Made by a program: the position numbers and the translations under genes. Under the pieces are notes generated by a model. That model was not told the DNA's origin. It did not search any database and saw nothing but the letters and a program-made list of their open reading frames with translations. From Hyphomicrobiaceae bacterium (GTDB taxonomy: Bacteria > Pseudomonadota > Alphaproteobacteria > Rhizobiales > Hyphomicrobiaceae), in NCBI GenBank assembly GCA_033764055.1, contig JANRJI010000129.1, forward strand, positions 4,574 to 68,573: a DNA stretch of 64,000 nucleotides, written 5' to 3'. Within the stretch, counting starts at the first letter, position 1. The number at the start of each line of letters is the position of its first letter. This document shows positions 1 to 9,643 of the stretch, piece by piece.

Positions 1-1446
1 ATACCCTACCAGGTCAGGAAGGGCGGCCTCTACGAGAAGATCGCGGAGCTGTTTCAAGAGAAGAAGCTGCCGCTGCTCGGCGACGTGCGCGACGAGTCGG
101 CGGAGCACGTGCGTCTCGTGCTGGAGCCGCGCAGCCGCACCGTCGACCCGATGGTGCTGATGGAGAGCCTGTTCAAGCTGACCGAGCTCGAGATCAAGTT
201 CGGCCTCAACATGAACGTGCTCACAGCCGGCCAGATCCCGGCCGTGCTCGGCCTCAAGGAGGTCATGCAACACTGGCTCGAGCACCGCCAGGAGGTGCTG
301 ATCCGACGCACCGACCATCGGCTCGAGAAGATCGCGCACCGGCTCGAGGTGCTCGCCGGCTACCTGATTGCCTATCTCAACATCGACGAGGTGATCCGGA
401 TCGTGCGCTTCGAGGACGAGCCCAAGGCCAAGCTGATGAGTGCGTTCGGCCTCTCCGAGGTGCAGGCCGAGGCAATTCTGAACCTCAGGCTGCGGTCGCT
501 CTCCAAGCTCGAGGAACAGGAGATCCGCGCCGAGCACGACAAGCTATCGGGCGAGCAGCGCGACCTGCAGAGCCTCGTCGCCTCCGAGGAGAAGCAGTGG
601 GAGGCCATCTCGGCGGAGATCCGCTCGATTCGCGAACGATGGTCGAAGAAGACGGAGCTCGGCCGCCGCCGCACCGCCGTCGAGGACGCGCCAACCGTGG
701 ACGTCGATATCGACCAGGCGCTCATCGAGAAGGAGCCGGTCACGATCGTGCTCTCCGAGAAGGGCTGGGTGCGCGCGCTGAAGGGCCACCAGGACGACCT
801 GTCGAAACTCGATTTCAAGCAGGGCGACGGCTTCAAGCGTGCCATCAAGGCCTCGACCACCGACAAGGTCATCGTCTTCGCCACAAACGGCAAGTTCTAT
901 ACGCTGGAAGCGAGTCAACTCCCCGGTGGACGCGGCCATGGCGAGCCGCTGCGGCTGATGGTGGACATCGAGGAAACCGCCGATTTCGTCGAGATGTTCG
1001 TGCACCAGCCCGGCCGCAAGCTGCTGGTAGCTGCAACGACGGGCCACGGCTTCGTGGTGCCGGAGGACGAGGTCGTCGCCTCCACCCGCAAGGGCAAGCA
1101 GGTGCTGAACGTCGAGGCCCCGGCGGAGGCCCGCATCTGCGTGCCCGTGGCCGGCGACCACGTGGCAACGATCGGCGACAACAGGAAGATGCTCGTGTTC
1201 CGTCTCGACGAGGTCAACGAGATGACGCGCGGCAAGGGCGTCTACCTGCAGCGCTTCAAGGACGGCAATCTCGCCGACGTGCGCGTTTTCGCCAAGGCTG
1301 ATGGCCTTACCTGGCTCGACCCGGCGGGCCGCACGTTCACGCTGTCTTGGGCCGAGTTGAAGGAGTGGATCGGGGAGAGAGCGCAATCGGGCCGTGTGGC
1401 GCCGAAGGGCTTCCCGCGCTCCAATCGGTTCGGGCCGGCGTTCTGA
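1..1446 (+). CDS. parC: DNA topoisomerase IV subunit A, C-terminal part (5' end outside window)
   Basis: Frame 1 is open from base 1 ([33 protein letters not shown]...) and runs into track ORF 85..1446. GyrA/ParC-type tower and C-terminal beta-pinwheel-like sequence ([18 protein letters not shown]); no GyrA box seen. TGA at 1444-1446. Confidence 0.8.
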   Translation: MPYQVRKGGLYEKIAELFQEKKLPLLGDVRDESAEHVRLVLEPRSRTVDPMVLMESLFKLTELEIKFGLNMNVLTAGQIPAVLGLKEVMQHWLEHRQEVLIRRTDHRLEKIAHRLEVLAGYLIAYLNIDEVIRIVRFEDEPKAKLMSAFGLSEVQAEAILNLRLRSLSKLEEQEIRAEHDKLSGEQRDLQSLVASEEKQWEAISAEIRSIRERWSKKTELGRRRTAVEDAPTVDVDIDQALIEKEPVTIVLSEKGWVRALKGHQDDLSKLDFKQGDGFKRAIKASTTDKVIVFATNGKFYTLEASQLPGGRGHGEPLRLMVDIEETADFVEMFVHQPGRKLLVAATTGHGFVVPEDEVVASTRKGKQVLNVEAPAEARICVPVAGDHVATIGDNRKMLVFRLDEVNEMTRGKGVYLQRFKDGNLADVRVFAKADGLTWLDPAGRTFTLSWAELKEWIGERAQSGRVAPKGFPRSNRFGPAF

Positions 1447-1449
1447 GAT

Positions 1450-2301
1450 TCACGTCATCGGAGCGTCTGGCCCATCCTTGCCGTTGGGCTTGGCGGCGTC
1501 CGGGTGCGGCTTGGTGTTGCTGTTGGCGAAGATGCGCCAAGGTTTCTCGGTCAAGTGCTCCTTCTCGTAGAGCGCCTGTAGAAACGGGTCGATGCGCGGG
1601 TCGGGCGGTGTCGCGGCATCGGTGGCTGCGCGTTCCGCCCGCTGCGTCGTCAAGGCATCCTCCGGGGCGCCCGATTTCTTGCGGCGCCTGCCGCCCCAGG
1701 CGAGCAACGGCCGGTCCGGCGCTTCGAGATCGAGCTCCTCGAGAAACGATTCTCTCAGCGCGTAGAACGATTGCAGGATGGCGTCCCGTGCGAGCTTGCG
1801 ATCCTCGGCCGTGAAGGCCTTGCCTTTTGCCGGGTCGAGCGACTGCAGAGCCCGGCGCATGTCGTGCAGCGGTGCGAACGGGTAGATGCCGATCAGCGCG
1901 TCGGTCTCACCGACATTGCGGTAGACGGTGCGCATGTTGTCGAGCGTTTCCGAGATGGCGAGGAACGCCCGCAGGTAGTCGTCGCGCGTCGGCTGATCGA
2001 GCTGCGTGTAGACGAACAGTGCCGACTTGGCCTTGACGATGTCGTGCCACTCTTCCTTCAGAGCGCTGAGGAAGCTCTGGCGCTTCTGATAGACACCGGC
2101 AAGGTAGGTGGCAACGACGGTGACGAGAACCAGCGCCATGTCCTTCAGGTACTCGTAGATGTCCTTGGCGAGCTTTTCCCACGGGCTGCCAGCGAGGCCT
2201 GGAATATGCTCGGCGAGCTTCGCGGTGAGCGACACGGCCAACACCAGGAGCAGGATGACATAGGACCAGCCGAGCGTTCGCCGCAACGTCGAGCGTGTCA
2301 T
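1450..2301 (-). CDS. hypothetical membrane protein (two N-terminal TM helices plus soluble domain)
   Basis: Track ORF 1450..2490. ATG at 2301 (MTRSTLRR...) preferred because AGGAGAG lies just upstream. Hydrophobic segments WSYVILLLVLAVSL and MALVLVTVVATYLAGV. Family not recognised. Confidence 0.6.
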   Translation of the reverse strand: MTRSTLRRTLGWSYVILLLVLAVSLTAKLAEHIPGLAGSPWEKLAKDIYEYLKDMALVLVTVVATYLAGVYQKRQSFLSALKEEWHDIVKAKSALFVYTQLDQPTRDDYLRAFLAISETLDNMRTVYRNVGETDALIGIYPFAPLHDMRRALQSLDPAKGKAFTAEDRKLARDAILQSFYALRESFLEELDLEAPDRPLLAWGGRRRKKSGAPEDALTTQRAERAATDAATPPDPRIDPFLQALYEKEHLTEKPWRIFANSNTKPHPDAAKPNGKDGPDAPMT

Positions 2302-2348
2302 GCGTGTCTCTCCTGTCGCCCCGGCGGACCGGGCCATCGGCGCCGCTG

Positions 2349-2978
2349 CTATTGCACAATTCCGGCAGACGGGTGAAGTGCAGGACGGTAGCCGGCAGCG
2401 ATCACCGCAACGATCGACTGCGGCGTCAACACCTCGGCCTTGCCGTGGCGCGGCTTTTTCGTCCTGGCTGCGTAACCGCCCGAGCTCCATGCCACCAGGT
2501 GCTCATCGAGGATCAGCATCGCGGTTCCTTCCCGGCGCACGAAGGCAGCCGTCGGCAGATCCACCCAAGCAGCCGTGTGCGTGACCTTCGTCCCTGCCGC
2601 AGTCACGCGCTCCGCTTGCAGAGCGACGTCCATTTCCCCGGCCGTGGCCCGGCCCTCGCTGCCATGAATGGTTGCCCATAGCGTCGCGAAGCGAAGGGCA
2701 TCCTGGCGGCGACACTCGAAACAGGGCCGATGGCCTGCAGCGAGCGCCGTAGCCTCGTCGAGGAAGAAGAGCTCGGTGTAGCGGCCCGGAGCCATCAGCT
2801 GGCGGCGCCGCCCCTTGAAGTCGAGACGACAGCAGATCCACTGGCGGTTGATCCACCGGCGCCGACCGAGGCGGCGGTGTGCGTCATGCAGCGCGCCGCC
2901 GCGGTTCCCCATCATCATGCCGCGCGCTGCCGTGGAGATGATCTCACCTTCCGGTGTCACGCGGTTCTGGAGTGGCAT
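2349..2978 (-). CDS. conserved-looking hypothetical protein with Cys/His cluster
   Basis: Track ORF 2349..2993 opens with TTG; first ATG at 2978 (MPLQNRVTPEGEI...). Motifs WICCRLDF and GHRPCFECRR. No family name recognised. Confidence 0.55.
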   Translation of the reverse strand: MPLQNRVTPEGEIISTAARGMMMGNRGGALHDAHRRLGRRRWINRQWICCRLDFKGRRRQLMAPGRYTELFFLDEATALAAGHRPCFECRRQDALRFATLWATIHGSEGRATAGEMDVALQAERVTAAGTKVTHTAAWVDLPTAAFVRREGTAMLILDEHLVAWSSGGYAARTKKPRHGKAEVLTPQSIVAVIAAGYRPALHPSAGIVQ

Positions 2979-3017
2979 GGGTCGATCTGCCAATATTCGC
3001 GGAAGCGAGGAGGAGAC

Positions 3018-3830
3018 ATGACCATGAACGAGCCCCGCGTCACTGTGAAGATCGACGAGCGCGGGCCAGCGGGCCGTGTCGCCTTTGTCACGATCGACAA
3101 TCGCCCGAAGCTCAACTGCCTGTCGTCACCGCTGCTGGTCGCCTTGCGCGAGGCTTTCGAGACCATCGGCAACGACGATCGCCTGCGTGCGGCCGTCCTG
3201 ACGGGGGCGGGCGAGCGCGCCTTCATCGGCGGCGCCGACCTCGGCGAGCTGCGTGGGCTCACCCCCGACACGGCACGGCTCTTCATCACCCGCCTGCATA
3301 TGGCCTGTCATGCCATTCGTGCGTGTCCGGTGCCGGTGATCGCACGCGTCAACGGCTATTGTCTCGGCGGCGGCCTCGAGATCGCGGCGTCCGCCGACAT
3401 GCGTGTCGTGGCCAACAACGCCGTGCTTGGGATGCCGGAGGTGGTCATGGGTCTGCCGTCGGTGATCGAGGCGGCCCTGCTGCCGGGCCTGATCGGCTGG
3501 GGCAAGACGCGCGAGATCCTGCTGACGGGCGAGACGTTCGGCGCCGACGCAGCACTGGCAATGGGCTTTGCGCAGAAGGTGGTGACGGAGGCAAATCTCG
3601 ATGCAGCCGTCGAGCATTGGATCGGCCATATTCTCGCCGCGACCCCGAAGGCCATTCGGGCACAGAAGGCATTGATGAGCCGCTGGGAGCGCGTTTCCGT
3701 GGACGAGGGCGTCTATGCCGGAATCGACGCCTTCGCCGACTCCTATGGTACAGGCGAGCCGGAGGCGGCGATTGCCGCATTCTTTGCGGCGAAGGCGAAA
3801 CGCAAAGGTGGCATGGACCAGGGCCGATGA
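3018..3830 (+). CDS. enoyl-CoA hydratase/isomerase (crotonase) family protein
   Basis: ATG 3018 preceded by GAGGAGGAG. MTMNEPRVTVKIDERGPAGRVAFVTIDNRPKLNCL..., crotonase-type segments AFIGGADL and GYCLGGGLEIA. The upstream part of track ORF 2730..3830 looks like junk. Confidence 0.85.
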   Translation: MTMNEPRVTVKIDERGPAGRVAFVTIDNRPKLNCLSSPLLVALREAFETIGNDDRLRAAVLTGAGERAFIGGADLGELRGLTPDTARLFITRLHMACHAIRACPVPVIARVNGYCLGGGLEIAASADMRVVANNAVLGMPEVVMGLPSVIEAALLPGLIGWGKTREILLTGETFGADAALAMGFAQKVVTEANLDAAVEHWIGHILAATPKAIRAQKALMSRWERVSVDEGVYAGIDAFADSYGTGEPEAAIAAFFAAKAKRKGGMDQGR

Positions 3831-3847
3831 TGCGCGACGGGCTATCG

Positions 3848-5272
3848 CTATCGCCCGACATTTGTCCGCCGGGCATCCCACGCCAGCCAGGCCCACACCG
3901 GCAAGGCATGCAGGAATGCGATACCGTAGGCATGCCAGTGGCCGCCCCCCTGATTGATCAGGGGAAGGGCGAGGTAGTAGGCCGCGAGCGTCGCCGAGGC
4001 GAGCAGCAGCGGACGGCATGCCAGTGCAGCGGCGAGCGGCAAGAACCAAAGTGCGTACCAGGGGAACTGGGCCGGCGCGAGGTAGAAGGTGGCTGCAGCC
4101 ACCACCAGCGCCGAGGCCAGCAGCCCGTGCAGCCCGGAAGGTGGCCGTCGAGCCACGAAAAGAGCGATCAGGCCGACGCCGATGGCGATGGACGCCCTCA
4201 GGGCGCGCTGCCCGAGGGGGGAGCCGCCGGTCGCCTGATAGACGGCGTAGCTGATCCACGAGAACGGGCCGTTGTTGGTCCACCAATGCTCCGAGTAGGC
4301 GACCAGTCCAGAGCGGGCGCCAGCCGCCGCGGAAAGCGCCAGGGGCAACACCAGCGCGCCTGCGAGCCCGGTCAGCACGATGGCGGGCAAAGCGAGGCTG
4401 CGCCGGCGCGCATATACGGTGTGTGCGAGCAGTGGCACCAGCAGCGCCGGCCACAGCTTGACGCCGATGGCCAGGGCCAGCAGCGTCGCGGCGAGCACCT
4501 CCCGCCCACGCCAGGTCGCCAGACACGCGCCCACCACCAATGGCGCAAGCAACGCCTCGCTGTGCCCAGTGCCGTGACTAGACCAGACCACCAGCGGATT
4601 GAGCCAGTAGAGCGCCGCAAGGACACGGGGGCGGCCAAGGTTCCCGAGGATGACCAGCAGCAGCGCCAGCGTGGCCAGCTCGGCGCCTAGGAAGACGGCT
4701 CGGAGGCCATCGTGATCGAAGGGTGCGATCAGATGGGCGAGGGTGAATGCCAGCTGAGCCGTTCCGGGATAGATCGTGGTCAGCTCCGGGAAGTTGATGC
4801 CTGCAAGCACATCCTTCCCGTTGCGAGCCAGAGTCTCGACGACGGTGGGCACACCGTCACCGTCGATGGCGGACTTGGGCGCGAACGCATAAGGATTTTG
4901 GCCACTGGCGAGGATGGCGCCGTCCCAGAGGTAGCGGAAATAGTCGTCATCGATCACGACCGCCGTACCGTACCAGACCAGCCGCATCGCCAATCCGGTT
5001 GCGAGCATGACACAGACAGTCCCGCGACCGGTCGGCAGGCGTGTCAGCAGCGGTACGGCCATGACGCCCAGCAGCGCGGGCGCGCCGAGCAAGAGCACGA
5101 CGGGCAAGACATCGACCATCGATCGGAAGCTCGCCTGCGTCCAGCCCGGCGATGATCGGGCCATCTGCCATTGGCTGGCTACGAGCAGCACTGCCAGGGC
5201 AGCCGTCACTATGGCCGCCCATCCGGTCGCGCGCGTTTCGGCCGCGGCGGCCGGACCAGTCGATCCTGTCAC
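3848..5272 (-). CDS. polytopic membrane protein, GT-C-fold glycosyltransferase-like (DUF2029/PMT-like)
   Basis: GTG at 5272 preceded by GAGGGA. About 10-12 hydrophobic helices; an acidic loop DDDYFRYLWDG after the first helices is typical of lipid-linked sugar transferases. Family call is from memory only. Confidence 0.6.
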   Translation of the reverse strand: MTGSTGPAAAAETRATGWAAIVTAALAVLLVASQWQMARSSPGWTQASFRSMVDVLPVVLLLGAPALLGVMAVPLLTRLPTGRGTVCVMLATGLAMRLVWYGTAVVIDDDYFRYLWDGAILASGQNPYAFAPKSAIDGDGVPTVVETLARNGKDVLAGINFPELTTIYPGTAQLAFTLAHLIAPFDHDGLRAVFLGAELATLALLLVILGNLGRPRVLAALYWLNPLVVWSSHGTGHSEALLAPLVVGACLATWRGREVLAATLLALAIGVKLWPALLVPLLAHTVYARRRSLALPAIVLTGLAGALVLPLALSAAAGARSGLVAYSEHWWTNNGPFSWISYAVYQATGGSPLGQRALRASIAIGVGLIALFVARRPPSGLHGLLASALVVAAATFYLAPAQFPWYALWFLPLAAALACRPLLLASATLAAYYLALPLINQGGGHWHAYGIAFLHALPVWAWLAWDARRTNVGR

Positions 5273-5400
5273 GTCAGTCCCTCATGAGCGGAAGGCCGAG
5301 CCGGGCCCGCCGCCACATCTGCCGGAATGGTGCCGCTCCCGCAGGTCAAAAGGCGGGCGCGTCCGATCACGATGCCGCGAGATGCCGGGCGGCTGGTCGG

Positions 5401-5616
5401 TCAGGGCTCCGTTTCGAGCCCGTGGCATGCACGGGCGATCGCTGCCTTGACGGCTGCCGAACAGCCCACCTGGTTGGCCAGCAGCAGCACCAGCCGGACA
5501 TTCAGGCGATGGCTCGCCTCCTCCGACAGTCCGCGGTGAGCCTCGACCAGTGCTGCATAGACATCGTCGCCACCAGCGCCAAGACGGAACGAGGTATCGA
5601 GTGCCGGCTCGCTCAT
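5401..5616 (-). CDS. DUF2783-like small protein
   Basis: 71 aa. ...AHRGLSEEASHRLNVRLVLLLANQVG... matches the DUF2783 pattern that usually accompanies FAD monooxygenases. ATGA overlap with the upstream gene stop (5613-5616). Confidence 0.75.
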   Translation of the reverse strand: MSEPALDTSFRLGAGGDDVYAALVEAHRGLSEEASHRLNVRLVLLLANQVGCSAAVKAAIARACHGLETEP

Positions 5617-7238
5617 ATTGCCTCCCCGCCGAGTGCGCGTCGCAGCGCTGCGGCGATTTTCTCCGGCGTCGGCCGCAGCCAGCGTGCCGCCACGTGCTGG
5701 TCCGGCCGGATCAGATAGGCGGCCCCCGGAGCGCCACTATAACGCTGAGAGACCAGCCCTTCGCGGTCGACGACGTGGGCGAAACCGTTGCCCGGCGGCG
5801 GCGCTGCCACCCCGATCGTCAGCTGTCGCACTGCCTTCGGCACCACGATCGGCGCCCCGAAGGTCATGACGCAGAATTCGCCGCCGAGCTCATTGAGCAA
5901 CCAGCCGTCGCCACTCGTTGCAGTCCACACGGGCGCATCGATGCACGGACTGCCCGGGCCGAGGCCGCCTGAGAATCCCGGATCGTCGTCCGACTGGAGC
6001 GACAGCCTGTCGAGCGAGCACGGCAGCGACAGCCTGCCCGAGTTCACCAGCCGCCGCGCGAACGGCTCGGTCGCAGCCATGGCGAGCACCTCCTCGCGCA
6101 GCATCCGCTCCATGGCCGACTTGGGCGTCATGAAGCCCGTAGCGCGGGCGGAGTTCAGAATATTCTCGTCGGCGCCGCGGATGCGCTCCTCGTCGTAGGT
6201 GGCGATCAGGCGCTCCGTCGCCTCGCTTTGCAGGACGGCAGCGAGCTTCCAGCCGAGATTGTCGACGTCCTGGATGCCACCATTGCCGCCCCGCGCCCCG
6301 AACGGCGAGACGATGTGGGCGCTATCGCCGGCGAACACAACGCGGCCGTGAACGAAGCGCTCGAGGCGTCGGCACTGGAAGGTATAGACCGAGATCCAAT
6401 CGATCTCGAATGGGCGCTCGCCGACCACTGCGCGGATGCGCGGCAACACCGTCTCGGGCCGGCGCTCGACCTCGGGGTCGGCCTCCGGCTCCAGTTGCAA
6501 GTCGATCCGCCAGATGTCGTCCGGCTGCTTGTGCAGCAGTGCCGACTGGCCGTCATGAAAGGGCGGCTCGAACCAGAACCAGCGTTCCGGCGGAAAGTCG
6601 GCCCTCATCTCGATGTCGGTGATGAGAAACCGCTCCTCGAATGTGCGTCCGACGAATTCGAGCCCGAGGAGGCCGCGCACGGTGCTTCTGACGCCGTCGC
6701 AGGCAACGAGCCAGTCCGCATCGATGCGATAGCGGCCCACCGGCGTGTCCACCTCGGCGCTCACCCCCTCGGAGGCGCGCTCGAGGCCGACGACCTTGCT
6801 CTTGAACCGCAAGTCGATCAAATCCGGGAAATCCCGCACGCGATCGATCAGGAACTCCTCGACGTAGTACTGCTGCAGATTGACGAAAGCCGGGTGCTTG
6901 TGGCCGGGCTCGGGCAACAGGTCGAAGCTGTAGACCTCGCGGTTGCGATGAAACAGCCGACCGACCTTCCAGGTGACGCCCTTGGCCCGCATTCGATCTG
7001 CGACGCCGAGCCGATCGAATATCTCGAGCGTGCGCTTCGACCAGCAGATCGCGCGCGAGCCGACCGAGACGGTATCGCCGTCGTCCACCAGGATCGAACG
7101 AATGCCGTGGAGCGCGAGATCAATGGAGAGCGCCAGCCCGACCGGACCTGCGCCGGCGATGAGCACGGGTGTGCGCTCAGGGCCGTCAAGCCCGGATGGA
7201 CGGACGAAGGGGAAGCGTTGGTGCTGGTAGCGGGTCAT
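5613..7238 (-). CDS. FAD-dependent aromatic-ring monooxygenase family (PheA/TfdB/MhpA-like)
   Basis: 541 aa. N-terminal Rossmann motif VLIAGAGPVGLALSIDLALHG and a GD motif FAGDSAHIVSPFGARGGNGGIQD typical of class A flavoprotein monooxygenases. Confidence 0.85.
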   Translation of the reverse strand: MTRYQHQRFPFVRPSGLDGPERTPVLIAGAGPVGLALSIDLALHGIRSILVDDGDTVSVGSRAICWSKRTLEIFDRLGVADRMRAKGVTWKVGRLFHRNREVYSFDLLPEPGHKHPAFVNLQQYYVEEFLIDRVRDFPDLIDLRFKSKVVGLERASEGVSAEVDTPVGRYRIDADWLVACDGVRSTVRGLLGLEFVGRTFEERFLITDIEMRADFPPERWFWFEPPFHDGQSALLHKQPDDIWRIDLQLEPEADPEVERRPETVLPRIRAVVGERPFEIDWISVYTFQCRRLERFVHGRVVFAGDSAHIVSPFGARGGNGGIQDVDNLGWKLAAVLQSEATERLIATYDEERIRGADENILNSARATGFMTPKSAMERMLREEVLAMAATEPFARRLVNSGRLSLPCSLDRLSLQSDDDPGFSGGLGPGSPCIDAPVWTATSGDGWLLNELGGEFCVMTFGAPIVVPKAVRQLTIGVAAPPPGNGFAHVVDREGLVSQRYSGAPGAAYLIRPDQHVAARWLRPTPEKIAAALRRALGGEAI

Positions 7239-7301
7239 GTCGCGGCGCCAACGCTGCCATTCTCGTTGTCGGTCGGCCGCCTCGGCGCCGACGCAAGCGG
7301 G

Positions 7302-7616
7302 TTATTCGGCCGCCTGTGCCATGGGCCGGTCGTTGTCGACGATCACCGGGCTCTCGAAGTAGCTGATGTCGGGCGCCGCCCCGTATCGATCGGCGATCAT
7401 CTTTTTCCAATCGGCGTTATAGACCTTCTCGGCGGCCTCGCGGCTTTCCCAGAGATAGACGCCACCGCCGGTGTGGCTTGCCGCGTCGAAGAGGTAGTAC
7501 TTCCGAACGAGGCCCGCCAGGCCGACGTACTTGGGCGCCGAGCCCTCGAACATTTTCTTGGCGTCGGCGAGATTGACGGCGTCTGGAAGCTTGAAGCGGA
7601 CGATGGCCGTGATCAT
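7302..7616 (-). CDS. YdhR-like / ABM-type putative monooxygenase
   Basis: ATG at 7616 (MITAIVRFKLPD...) preceded by AAGGAGA. GGGVYLWESREAAEKVY resembles the YdhR family core. The upstream part of track ORF 7302..7694 is discounted. Confidence 0.7.
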   Translation of the reverse strand: MITAIVRFKLPDAVNLADAKKMFEGSAPKYVGLAGLVRKYYLFDAASHTGGGVYLWESREAAEKVYNADWKKMIADRYGAAPDISYFESPVIVDNDRPMAQAAE

Positions 7617-7705
7617 GGGCTGTCTCCTTCGATCGGCGGTTGCCCCGGACCACAGTCTGACGCGGAGATCACTGCCGGTCCAGCGGCACACCACTCACCG
7701 CGCTC

Positions 7706-8773
7706 TCAAGGGTCGTCCAGCCATACCCACTCGGTCGGATGAGCCAGCGCCGAGACGACACCACCGACAAGATTCGAATCGTAGAGCCGGTCCAGGTCCG
7801 GCCCCTCCGGTGCCACGGGCGAGAGCCTCCCAGCCAGCGCCTTCATGTCGGCTTCCAGAGCACGCCGCGCGGCCTGGGCGGCTTCGACCGAGACCGCCTC
7901 GAAGCGCACCCCCAGTCCAGGGACCAGTCGTCCCACGGCCGCCAGGTCGGCCGAGATCACGGTGGCGATCTTCGGATATCCTCCCGTGGTCTGGCGATCG
8001 GCCAGCAATACGATGGGCTGGCACGTTCCGGGCACCTGGATCGAGCCGGGCGCGATGCCGTCCGAGACGATGTTGTAGCCCTTCGCGTGCGCCAGCCCGG
8101 GTCCTTCCAGGCGCAGGCCCATGCGATCGGCATCGCGTGTGACGGTGTAGGTGCCAGCCAGGAACGTCGCGATCGCGCCAGCAGTGAAATAGTCGTCCTG
8201 GGGGCCGAGAACCACGCGAACCTGCGTGGCGGGACCGAGGTCGAGGCCGGGCAATCGGACCTCCTGGCGGGCATCTGCCCCGTCCCGGACGAGGGGCAAG
8301 GCGTCGCCGGCCTGCAGCGCGCGGCCATCGAGGCCGCCGAAGCCGCCGCGCACATACGTCGAGAGCGAATCGAGGAAGTGGCGCAGATCGAAGCCTGCCT
8401 CGACAGCGAGGTATGCAGCCGCACTGCCACCGGACACGGACACCCGCACCCGGTCTCCCCGCGATAGCCGTACGCTCTGCAAAGCCGGAACCCGCAGGGC
8501 ATCACCCTTCGAGCGCTCGACGACGAGCTCCGTTCCCTGGCCGGCGAGGGCCAACCGCACGCTCGACGCCTCGACCTCGAGCGTCGGCCCCAGGACTGCC
8601 ATCTCGAGCCCGGCCGTCGTTTCTGGGTTGCCCACGACGATGTTGGCCGCCCGGAGCGCGATCGGATCCAGGGCGCCGGAGACCGGAATGCCGAGCCGCT
8701 GATAACCGGTCCGGCCGAGGTCCTGGACCGTCGTCACGAGACCTGGCTGGACAACGCGGAGCACGCCCGTCAT
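7706..8773 (-). CDS. pxpC: 5-oxoprolinase subunit C (biotin-dependent carboxyltransferase family, KipA-like)
   Basis: ATG at 8773 (MTGVLRVVQPGLVTTVQDLGRTGYQRLGIPVSGALD...), overlapping the pxpB stop by ATGA. The rest of track ORF 7706..9001 is an upstream shadow. Confidence 0.85.
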   Translation of the reverse strand: MTGVLRVVQPGLVTTVQDLGRTGYQRLGIPVSGALDPIALRAANIVVGNPETTAGLEMAVLGPTLEVEASSVRLALAGQGTELVVERSKGDALRVPALQSVRLSRGDRVRVSVSGGSAAAYLAVEAGFDLRHFLDSLSTYVRGGFGGLDGRALQAGDALPLVRDGADARQEVRLPGLDLGPATQVRVVLGPQDDYFTAGAIATFLAGTYTVTRDADRMGLRLEGPGLAHAKGYNIVSDGIAPGSIQVPGTCQPIVLLADRQTTGGYPKIATVISADLAAVGRLVPGLGVRFEAVSVEAAQAARRALEADMKALAGRLSPVAPEGPDLDRLYDSNLVGGVVSALAHPTEWVWLDDP

Positions 8774-9507
8774 CGCGCGAGCTCCGCCGGAGCGATGGCG
8801 AGGCGGCCGTCGGCCGCCTGCATCTCGAGCTGCGCATACGTTTCGGCCGTGACCGGCTCGAACTGCACCTGATCGCCGGGCGAGAGCAGAACGGCAGCCT
8901 TGCGGCGTACGTCGAATAGGCGAACCGGTGTACGGCCGAGCAGGTGCCAGCCGCCGGGACTGTCGAGCGAGTAGATGCCGGCCATGCGGAGCGCAATGCA
9001 TACCGACCCCATTGGGACCCGCATCCGCGGGCTCTCGCGACGCGGGAGCGAGAGCGCCTCTGGCACGTCGCCCATGTACGGATAGCCGGGCAGGAAGCCG
9101 AGAGCGTAGATGTGATAGGTCGAGGCCGAATGGATCGCGATCACCTCGGCGGGCGTATGGTCCGTGCGATCGGCCACCTCGTCGAGGTCGGGCCCATGCT
9201 CACCGCCGTAGCAGCAGGGCAGGCGCCACAGCCGGCCGTGCCCCGCCACGGCTCCCAGCCGATCGAGCAGAGGGCGGATGGAACGCTCCAGCGTCTCCCG
9301 GTCGAGCCTGAGTGGATCGTAGTGGATCATCAACGAGCGGAACGTCGGCACCAGCTCGACCACGCCCTGGAGAGCCGCCGCCTCGACGGCGCTGCCGAGC
9401 GCCAGCACCCGGTCGCTGATCGCCCTGTCGATGGTATCGCCCAGCTCGACCACGAGGGCCGTGTCGCCGGCAGAAAGGAAACGTGCAGTGAGCGGCGGGT
9501 GGGACAT
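8770..9507 (-). CDS. pxpB: 5-oxoprolinase subunit B (KipI-like)
   Basis: ATG at 9507 (MSHPPLTARFLSAGDTALVVELGD...). VELVPTFRSLMIHYDP and CIALRMAGIYSLDSPGGWHLLGRTP are typical of the allophanate-hydrolase-subunit-1 family. Confidence 0.85.
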   Translation of the reverse strand: MSHPPLTARFLSAGDTALVVELGDTIDRAISDRVLALGSAVEAAALQGVVELVPTFRSLMIHYDPLRLDRETLERSIRPLLDRLGAVAGHGRLWRLPCCYGGEHGPDLDEVADRTDHTPAEVIAIHSASTYHIYALGFLPGYPYMGDVPEALSLPRRESPRMRVPMGSVCIALRMAGIYSLDSPGGWHLLGRTPVRLFDVRRKAAVLLSPGDQVQFEPVTAETYAQLEMQAADGRLAIAPAELAR

Positions 9508-9643
9508 GGCCCCTCGGTCAACGGATGGAACGGCAGAAAGACAGACATTGTCGGCCTCTGTCAAAGGCCATAGCATTCAGCGCGATCAGTCGGCTACAGG
9601 ACGGCCGCAGCGATCGGTGACAAGGGGCAGCGACGAGGCGAGC

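Noticed and set aside
544-1386. Very long ORFs in the six-frame track that overlap recognisable genes. Examples: 544..1386(-), 2954..4690(+), 3126..4526(-), 6228..7742(+), 17749..19030(+), 39218..41602(+), 50054..51606(-), 53334..55370(-), 60068..61633(-).
   Set aside because: Their translations are Arg/Ala/Pro/Gly-rich with no motifs, and they lie antisense or out of frame to genes with clear family signatures. These are typical shadow ORFs of high-GC DNA.
7706-9001. N-terminal extensions of many track ORFs. Examples: 7706..9001, 21464..23221, 19740..20957, 11147..12367, 46052..47653, 2730..3830, 29988..31358.
   Set aside because: The extensions are junk-like, often open with non-ATG codons, and an internal start with a Shine-Dalgarno reproduces the canonical family N-terminus. 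Shorter coordinates were used.
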